64,000 nt of DNA from Gemmatimonadales bacterium. GTDB lineage: Bacteria; Gemmatimonadota; Gemmatimonadetes; Gemmatimonadales; GWC2-71-9. Under the pieces are notes generated by a model. It had not been told where the DNA came from. It made no database searches and worked only from the letters and a program-made list of their open reading frames with translations. The stretch lies in NCBI GenBank assembly GCA_035500495.1, contig DATJXC010000064.1, positions 5,446 to 69,445 of the forward strand. The letters run 5' to 3'. Made by a program: the position numbers and the translations under genes. Below are positions 51,101 to 60,100 of this stretch, piece by piece; position 1 is the stretch's first letter, and each line of letters starts with the position of its first letter.

Positions 51101-54100
51101 CCACTCGCGTTGGTGGTGGAAGACGGCGTGATCGACCCGCCGCCGGTGGTGACGGCCCAGGTGACCGTGGTGCCCGAGACGGGGTTGCCGCCGCGATCGG
51201 TGACGAGGACCGCATAGGCGGTGGCCAGTGTGGCGCCGATCGTGTCGGTCTGGGCATTGCCCGCGTTGAGCGCGATCGTCGTGGCGTGACCCGCGGTCAC
51301 CGTGGCGGTGAAGGCGACTGGAGACCCACTGAGTCCCGCGACCGTGGCCGAGGCGGTGGCGCTCCCGGCGGTCGTGCCGAGCACACGGCTCGCCGTGGCG
51401 ATGCCGCTGACACTAGTCACCGAGCTCGGCGTGATCGAGCCACCGCCCCCCGTCACGGCCCAGGTCACCGTGGTGCCCGAAACGGGGTTGCCACTGCGGT
51501 CGGTTACGAGGACGGCATAGGCCGTAGCGAGCGTGGCGCCGATGGTGTCGGTCTGCGCGTTGCCCGCATTGAGGGCGATCGTCGCTGCATGTCCGGTGGT
51601 CGCGGTGGCCGTGAAAGTCACGGGAGACCCCGTGAGTCCGGTGACGCTGGCCGTCGCCGTGGCGCTGCCTGGTGCCGTGCCGAGCACTCGGGTTGCCGTG
51701 GCGACCCCGCTGGCGTTGGTCACCGAGCTCGGCGTGATCGACCCGCCGCCGCCGGTCACGGCCCAGGTCACCGTGGTGCCGGAGACGGGATTGCCGCTAC
51801 GATCGGTCACCAGGACTGTGTAGGGCGTGGCGAGCGTCGCCCCGATGGTGTCGGTCTGCGCGTTGCCGGCGTCGAGGGCAATGGTGGCGGCGTGACCGGC
51901 GTTCACGGTGGCGGTGAACGCGACCGGGGAGCCGGTGAGCCCGGTGACGGCGGCCGAGGCGGTGGCGCTACCGGGTGTCGTGCCGAGCACCCGGGTGGCA
52001 CTGGCGATTCCGCTCGCATTGGTGGTCGAGGATGGCGTGATCGACCCACCGCCGCCGGTCACGGCCCAGGTCACGACGGTGCCGGAGACCGAATTCCCGT
52101 TGCGATCGGTTACCACCACCGTGTAGAGCGTGGCGAGCGTCGCCCCGATGGTGTCGGTCTGGGTGTTACCACCGGATAGCGCGATGGTCTTCGCCGTCCC
52201 AGCGGTGGCCGTGGCGGTGAAGCCGACTGGAGAACCGGTGAGCCCGGTGACGGTGGCGGAGGCCGTTTGCGCGTTGGCGCCGAGCGTCGTGCCCAGCACC
52301 CGCGTTGCCGTGGCGATGCCACTCGCGTTGGTGGTCGAGCTGGGGGTGATCGACCCGCCGCCCCCGGTCACCGCCCAGGTCACGATAGTACCGGCGACCG
52401 GATCCCCGTTGCGGTCGGTGACCAGGACCGTGTAGGGCGAGGTGAGTGTGGCCCCGATAGTGTCGGTCTGGGCGTTGCCCGCGTTGAGGGCGATGGTGGC
52501 CGCGTGTCCGGCCGTCGCGGTCGCCGTGAAGCCGACAGGCGAGCCGGTCAGGCCCGCCACGGTCGCGCTCGCGGTCTGGCTGCCGAGCGTCGTGCCGAGC
52601 ACCCGGGTGGCGCTGGCGATTCCGCTCGCGTTGGTGGTCGAGGATGGCGTGATCGACCCACCGCCGCCGGTCACGGCCCAGGTCACGACCGTGCCGGAGA
52701 CCGGATTCGCATTGCGGTCGGTGACGAGCACGGTGTACGCCGTGGCGAGGGTCGCCCCGATCGTATCGGTTTGCGCGTTGCCCGCGCTGAGGGCGATGGT
52801 CGCCGCGTGGCCGACGGTTGCAGTGGCGCTGAATACGATCGGGGAGCCGGTGAGCCCGGTGACCGCGGCGGTGGCGGTCTGGAGGTTGGCGCCGAGCGTC
52901 GTGCCGAGCACCCGGGTGGCGCTGGCGATTCCGCTCGCGTTGGTGGTCGAGGATGGTGTGATCGACCCACCGCCGCCGGTCACGGCCCAGGTCACGACCG
53001 TGCCCGCGACCGGATTTCCATTGCGATCGGTTACGAGCACGGCGTAGGGCGTGGCGAGCGTGGCGCCGATCGTGTCGGTCTGGGCATTGCCGCTGGACAA
53101 GGCGATAGTCTTGGCGTCGCCGGCCGTGGCCGTCGCGGTGAAGGCGACTGGCGAACCGGTGAGTCCGGTGACGGCCGCCGTCGCGGTCTGCGCATTGGCG
53201 CCGAGCGTCGTGCCGAGCACGCGGGTGGCGGTGGCGATGCCACTCGCATTGGTCGTCGAGGACGGCGTGATCGACCCGCCCCCGCCGGTCACCGCCCAGG
53301 TAACCGTCACGTTGGAGACCGGGTTACCGAGACGGTCGGTGACGAGCACCGTGTACGCGGTAGCGAGTGTCGCGCCGATGGTGTCGGTCTGGGCGTTGCC
53401 CGCGTTGAGGGCGATAGTTGCCGCGTGTCCGAACGTCGCGGTCGCCGTGAAGCCGACGGGGGAGCCGGTCAGGCCCGTCCCGGTCGCGCTCGCCGTCTGG
53501 CTGCCGAGGGCCGCGCCGAGGACCCGTGTGGCGCTGGCGATCCCGCTGGCGTTAGTCGTGGAAGACGGGGTGATCGACCCACCGCCCCCGGTCACGGCCC
53601 AGGTCACGACCGTGCCGGCGACCGGATTTCCGTTGCGGTCGGTTACGAGCACCGTGTAGGGCGTGGCGAGGGTCGCTCCGACGGTGTCCGTCTGCGAGTT
53701 ACCGCCAGAGAGGGCGATGGCGTTCGCCGCCCCGGCGGTGGCTGTGGCGGTGAACGTGATGGGGGAGCCGGTGAGCCCGGTGACCGTGGCGGTGGCGGTC
53801 TGGGCGCTGGCGCCGAGCGTCGTGCCGAGCACCCGAGTGGCGCTGGCAATCCCGCTCGCGTTGGTGCTCGAAGATGGGGTGATCGACCCGCCGCCGCCGG
53901 TCACTGCCCAGGTGACGGTCACGCTGGGCACCGGATTGCCCAGACGATCCGTGACGAGCACGGTGTAAGCGGTCGCCAGCGTCGCCCCGATCGTATCGGT
54001 CTGAGCGTTGCCGGCCGACAAGGCGATCGTTTTCGCGTTGCCGATCGTCGCGGTGGCTGTGAACGTGACCGGCGAGCCGGTGAGCCCGCTGACGGTGGCG

Positions 54101-57100
54101 GTTGCCGTCTGGGCGTTCGCGCCGAGCGTATTGCCCAGCACGCGCGTCGCCGTGGCGATTCCACTCGCGTTCGTATTCGAGCTGGGGGTGATCGAGCCGC
54201 CGCCCCCGGTCGCGGCCCAGGTGACGGTGGTGCCGGACACGGGGTTGCCGCCCGCATCAGTGACCAGCACCGTGTAGGCCGTCGCGAGTGTGGCCCCGAT
54301 CGTGTCGGTCTGGGCGTTGCCGCCGGCGAGCGAGATGACCGATGCAGTCCCTGTGGTGATGTCGAACGCCGTACTCACGTCGTTCGTCAATCCCGTGGCC
54401 GTCGCGTCGAGCGTGTAGCCGGTGCCCACCTTGTTGACGCTCAGATCGGAGAACGTGGCCACTCCGCTTGCCGCCATGATCTGTTTGGTCCCGGCCAAGG
54501 TCGCGCCGCCCGGATTACTGCCGAAGGCCATGGTGACCTGGTTCGTGGCGGTGGTGACACGGTTCGAGAACTGGTCCAGGATCTCGACTTCCACCGCCGT
54601 CAGCGTGGCCGTGGCGGTGGTGCTGATCGGCTGGGTGAAGAACTTGACTGACGCGGCGTTCGCCGGCGTGACAGTGACCGTGGCCTGCTGGGTGATCGCC
54701 ACTCCGCCCACGGTGGCGGACACCATCTTGGACTCGGCTCTCGTGGAGCTCAGTGTCCCACTCGCGGCACCACTCACGTCCGTATTGCCGGAGGGGGGCG
54801 TCAGGGTATTCCCGTTCGTCGGGTTGGCAGCGAGGACCACCGCCTTGTTCTTGATCACGTTGCCGAACTGATCGCGTGCCGTGACGGTGATCGTGCTGAC
54901 GATGGATCCGCTCGAAGCGGCGATCGAGGCCGGGGAGGCCACGACGCTCGTCTGCGACGCGCTCACCGCATCGGGGACCGTGAACGCGGTGAACGTCAGC
55001 GGTGAGGCGACGGCGGTAGCCTGGACGAGCTGCACGCTGTCGGTCGGGCTCATCGCCGTCCCCAGCGTCCAGCTGATCGAGGCGATGCCGCTCCCGTTCG
55101 TGACCGACGTCGGAGCACTGACCGAGCCGCCACCGTCGATCACCGACCACGACACGGTCACCCCCGAGACGGGGTTGTTCGAGGCATCGCGCACGAGCAC
55201 GGAGAGCGGAGTCGGCAACGTCTTCCCGACCGTGTCGGTCTGCCGGTCCCCGGCGTTGATGGTCATCTGGGTCGCGCCACCCGCCTGCGCCGTAATGCTG
55301 AACGTCACCGAGTCCGGCCCCCCGGTGAGCGTGGCTTTCGCGATCGTTGTCTGCGTCCCAGCCGTTCCGCCGAGCATGCGAGTCGTCTGCGCGTGCCCCG
55401 TGGCGTCGGTCACTGAGGACGGCGGGCTCACGGTCCCGAGTCCGCCGCCGGCCGTCCACGTGACGGTGACCCCGGGCACCGGATTGCCGTTGGCGTCGGT
55501 GATGAGCACGTCGTGGGGCGTCGCGAGCGTGGTGCTGACCTGCCCCGTCAGGTTGTCCCCGGAGAACTTGGCCAGGTTCGCGGCGGCGCCGACCTTGGCA
55601 GTGTCGACGAAGGTGAGGGGGCTCCCGGTGAGGCCCGTCGAGGTGGCGGTGACGGTGTCGGGCTTGGCGACCGTTGAGAGCGTCCAACTCGTGAGCAGCG
55701 CGATGCCGCTCGGGTTCGTCGTTTGGGAGGCGCCGGTGATCGAGCCGTTGGACGTTCCCACGGCGGCGAACGTCACCGGCACGCCGGCCACCGGATTGCC
55801 GCTCGAGTCGCTGACGATCACCGAGGGCGGCACCGCCACCGCCGTGTTGGCGGTCGCGGTCTGGTGGTTGCCGCCGTTGATCGCGACCTGCGTCGGGTCA
55901 CCCGCGGTGATACTAATGGTCCCCGAGGTCACGGCGTTGAGACCCGTGGCCGTGAAGGTGAGCGTGCGGGCGCCGACGGTGCCGGCGATCGCCAGGTTCG
56001 TGAATTGCGCGATTCCGGAGGCGTTACTCGTCGCGGTCGTCGTGCCCCAAAGGGCGCCACCACCCGTGGCGATCGCCGCGGTGACGACGATGCCCGCCTG
56101 ACCGACCGGGTTCCCGACCGAATCTTCGACCTGGATTTCCGGCTGCTGGCTGAAGGGCTTGTTGCTCTGCGCACTGGCCGACGGCTGGGTCGCAATCGCG
56201 AGCCGCTGCGCGCCGCCGGTCAGGATGTTGAAGGGGGCGGAGGTGGCGCCGACCAGTCCCGTGGCCTGCGCCGTCAGGATATAGCCGGCACCGGCTTTGT
56301 TGATGCTCAGGTTCGAGAATTGCGCGACCCCGGCCACGGCATTCACGGGATTGGTTCCGCCGAGGGTGCCACCTCCCGGGTTCGCGGCAAACCCGAGGGT
56401 CACCGCATTCGTGGCCCCGGTGACGCGGTTGCTGTCCAGATCCTGCACCTCGACCTGCACCGTCGGGATCGTCGCTCCCGCCGCCGTCGTCACAGGCGGA
56501 ACGATGAACTTGAGGTGGTCGGCAGCGCCGGGGTTGACGACGACCGATGCGGTCTGCGTCACCACCACATGGTTGATGGTCACCGAAACGGTCTTGGTCT
56601 CGGCGACCGTCGAGGTGAACGAGCCGGTGGCCACGCCGGATGCGTTGGTCAGACTGCTCGGCGGGGTCACGTTGGTGCCGCCCGGCGGGGTCACCGTGAT
56701 CGCCACGGTGTCCCCACTAATCAGATTGCCAAATGCATCCTTGGCAGTGACCGTGACGGTCGACGCCGCTCCGCCCGCCGTGATCGGCGATGCCGCTGTC
56801 ACGGTTGATTGGGAGGCCGAGACGGGGGCAGGGGTGACGATCACGGTCTGCGTTTGCGTCACATTGACTCCGCCGATCTTGGCGGAGACGGTCTTGGTCT
56901 CGGCAACCGTTGAGCCGAAGGAACCCTTCGCGTTCCCATTCACATCGGTCACCACGGCTGGCTGGGTGACGGTATCTCCGGTGGCGGGGGAAACGAGGAT
57001 CTTTACCGTGTCCCCTGAGACCGGGTTGCCGCTCGAGTCCCGCGCCGTGACGGTGACGGTGTCGGTCCCGGAGCCGGCGACGATGGAGCCCAGCGCCACC

Positions 57101-60100
57101 GCGAGGGTGGACTGGGTCCCGGACACGCCGCCGGCGGTGATGCTGAACGGAGTGCTGAGGGTGTCCCGCAGCCCGGTGGCCGTTGCGAGGAGGTTGTATC
57201 CCGTGCCGGCCTTGTCCACCGACAGGTTGCTGAACGTCGCGACTCCGGCCACGGCGGACATGGTCTTGTTGCCCGCGAGAGTGGCGGAGCCCGCGTTGGC
57301 GAGCGCGACCGTGACTGCCGCAACGAAGCCGGTGTCGGTGTTGCCGAACGTGTCGCGCGCCGCGACCTGTACCGGGGGAGCGAGGGTCGCGTTGGCGTTG
57401 CCGCCACCGGGTTGCACCGCGAACTCGAGGTGATTCGCCGGCCGCGGCCGGATGTTGAAGGCGGTGCTCGTGTCGCCGGCGAGCCCACTCGACGATGCGG
57501 TGAGAGTATAACCAGCGCCACTCTTGTCGAGATTCAGATCGCCAAAGGTGGCCACCCCGGCCGTGGCGGTCACGGTCAGCGTGCCGCGCAGCGTGCTGCC
57601 GCCGGGGTTGTTGCCTCGCGCGATGGTGATGGGCCCGGTAAAGCTCGGGACCGTATTCCCCTGCAGGTCCTGCGCGGCGACCTGCACCGCGGGCGCGATG
57701 CTCGTGCCGGCGGTGGTACTGCTCGGCTGCACGATGAACCGCACCCGCGCGGCCCCTCCAGCCGTGACGTTGAACGTCGAGCTCGTGGCGGGGGAGGGGC
57801 CGGTGGCGGTGGCCTTGAGGGTATATCCGGTTCCGGCCTTATCGATCGTGAGATTGGAGAATGTCGCCACGCCCGCCACCGCCGCCTTGCTCAAGGTCCC
57901 CGTCAACGTGCCACCGCTCGGGTTCGTGGCGATCGCGATGCCAATGCTGCCGGTGAACGCCGTCGCGACGTTGCCGAACGCGTCCTGGGCGGTCACCTGG
58001 ACGGCCGGGATGGTCGCTCCCGCGACGGCGTCCGCGGGTGGCACCGAGAAAATCAGGGTGGCTGCCGTCGCCGGCTTGACAATCACGGTCGCCGTCTGGG
58101 TGATCGTGTCCGTCCCGATCGTGGCGAAGACCGTCTTCGCGCCCGCGAGGGTCGAGGCGAGCGACCCGGTCGTCATTCCGTTCACGCCGGTCGCGGCCGA
58201 AGGTTGGTTCAGCGTATTCCCGTTTCCGGGCGTGGCCACGAGGTTGACGGTCGCGCCGCTCACTGGGTTCCCGAGACTGTCCCGGGCGGTCACGGTGATC
58301 ACCGCCGTTCCACTTCCCGCCACGATGGTATCGGGACTCGGCGCCACGGTGGAAAGGGACCGGGAGATGGACCCCGGCTGCACATTGAACGGCGAGCTCG
58401 TCACCGTGAGCGTGGAGCTGCTGGCGCGCAGTGTGTATCCCGTGCCCGCCTTGTCGATCGACAGGTTCGAGAAGGTCGCCACTCCGCTCACGGCCCTCAC
58501 CGTCCTTGTTCCGGAAAGCGTGCCACCGCCTGGGTTGGTGCCGATCACGATCGTGATGCTGTCGCCAAAGCTCGCGAGGGTGTTCCCGAGTGCGTCTTGC
58601 GCGGCAACCTTGATGGCCGGCGCGATGGCGCTGCCGGCAGTGGTGCTGCCCGGTGGCTGCGTGGTGAAGACGAGCTGCGACGGCGTGCGCGCGACCACGA
58701 AGGCCGTGTCTGGGTTGCTGCCGAAGTGAGTCCACGCGCTCCGCCGATTGGTGTTGTCGACCGCCCGCGCCTGCCAGTGATAGGCCACGTTGTCGCTGAC
58801 CAGAATGGAGAGGCTCGCGACGGAGTTGTTGGCGACGGCGCTGCTCGACCCCGTGGCCGTATCGGCGAAGGCATTACCGGCCGGCTCCAGCTCGATCTCG
58901 AGCCGCACCAGGGCTCCCGAGTCGGGGTCGGCGAGGGTGCCCTTGAAGACGACGCTCGACTGCTTCGCAATACCGCCAACCGGAATTGGCGTCACCCCGT
59001 CGGCCTGGAACTGACCGAGGGTGGCTGGGGGATCGGGTGGGGACTGCAGGACGACGCGGAAGTCGGTGGCGCTCTCGGCGTTGGCCCCGAAGCTCACCCA
59101 CGCGCTCAGCCGGCCCGTCTGGTCTTCCGTACGAGCCTGCCAGTGGTAGCTGGTGTTGTTGATCAGGCTGGTCACCCGGACAGCGGCGATGCCGGTGGTC
59201 GAAACCGCTGTGCTGGAATCGGTCGGGTTTTGGTTAAACGTCTGCCCGACTGGGCGCACTTCGATCAACAGTTTCAGTTGGTCGCCGGGATCGGGATCGG
59301 TGAGTGTGCCCTTCAGCACAACACACGCGGTATCCACCGTCACTCCGGTCGTAATGCTCGTGACGCTGTCACACTTGAACATGCCAAGTGATGCTGGCAC
59401 GAACGGGGGCTGAGGAATCGATACGATGAAATCCGGAGCCCCCGGGATGGTACCGAACGGGGTCCAGTTTCCCCGCCTCCCAGTCTGGTCCACCGCGCGC
59501 ACGCGCCAGTGATACGGGGTGTCGTCGCTCAACCCCGTGACGAGCACCTGTGCGCGTTTGCCGTTTCCCACGACCGTCCCGGTCGCGGTGACGGCGCCGG
59601 CGAAACCCTGCGAATTGGGAATGACTTCGGCTTCGAGGTACAGACTGTCGCCTAGGTCCGGGTCGGTCACCCGCGCCTCGATCACCATCTGCGACTTCGC
59701 AACGGCGCCGCCCAGGGGGATGACGGTCGTGGAGTCGTCCTGGAACTGGGCGGGCGAATCCGGCGGGTTCGGAATGCGCGGGTGCGCCACGTGCAGAACG
59801 AAAGCGCCGGTGTCCCCCGCTGCCGCGGTCGTCGCCTCGATCGTGTACGTCCCGGTACGCGGCAGCACCACGTAAGGAAGGCAGACCTCACCGGCGATCC
59901 CGCTGCAACCGCCCGATTCCCCCATCGGCGGCACCGCCGGAGCGGTATTGGTATCGAGCACGAGGTGCCCGTTGAAGGCGGCGGAGTCGAGCTGGATCGT
60001 GATCGTGTCGCCGGCGGTGCCGCCGAAGCTGAACAGCTTCGCGAAGCTGCCGGCGCGGTGCGGGGCACCGCAGTCCGCCGAGGTCAGCGTGTCGGCCACC

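Noticed and set aside
45445-54350. Regular ~309-bp periodicity that could superficially suggest a CRISPR-like or satellite array.
   Set aside because: There is no repeat/unique-spacer alternation. The units are contiguous, in-frame and encode a folded-domain-like sequence. No cas genes or leader are present.
45296-57433. Many plus-strand ORFs antisense to the giant gene. These include a striking series of 101-aa ORFs recurring every 309 nt, each beginning M-A/P-S/R-V-A-P-I-V-S-V, and very long ones (50134..52179, 681 aa; 52267..54651, 794 aa; 55723..56808; 56297..57433).
   Set aside because: They mirror the sense-strand repeat. One antisense stop per unit arises from the conserved A-Y-(T/S) codons, and high GC suppresses stops in the other frames. 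Their compositions (Arg/Gly/Asp or Val/Ala/Pro runs) are typical of antisense translation. The sense frame is a single 5,147-codon ORF with recognisable domains.
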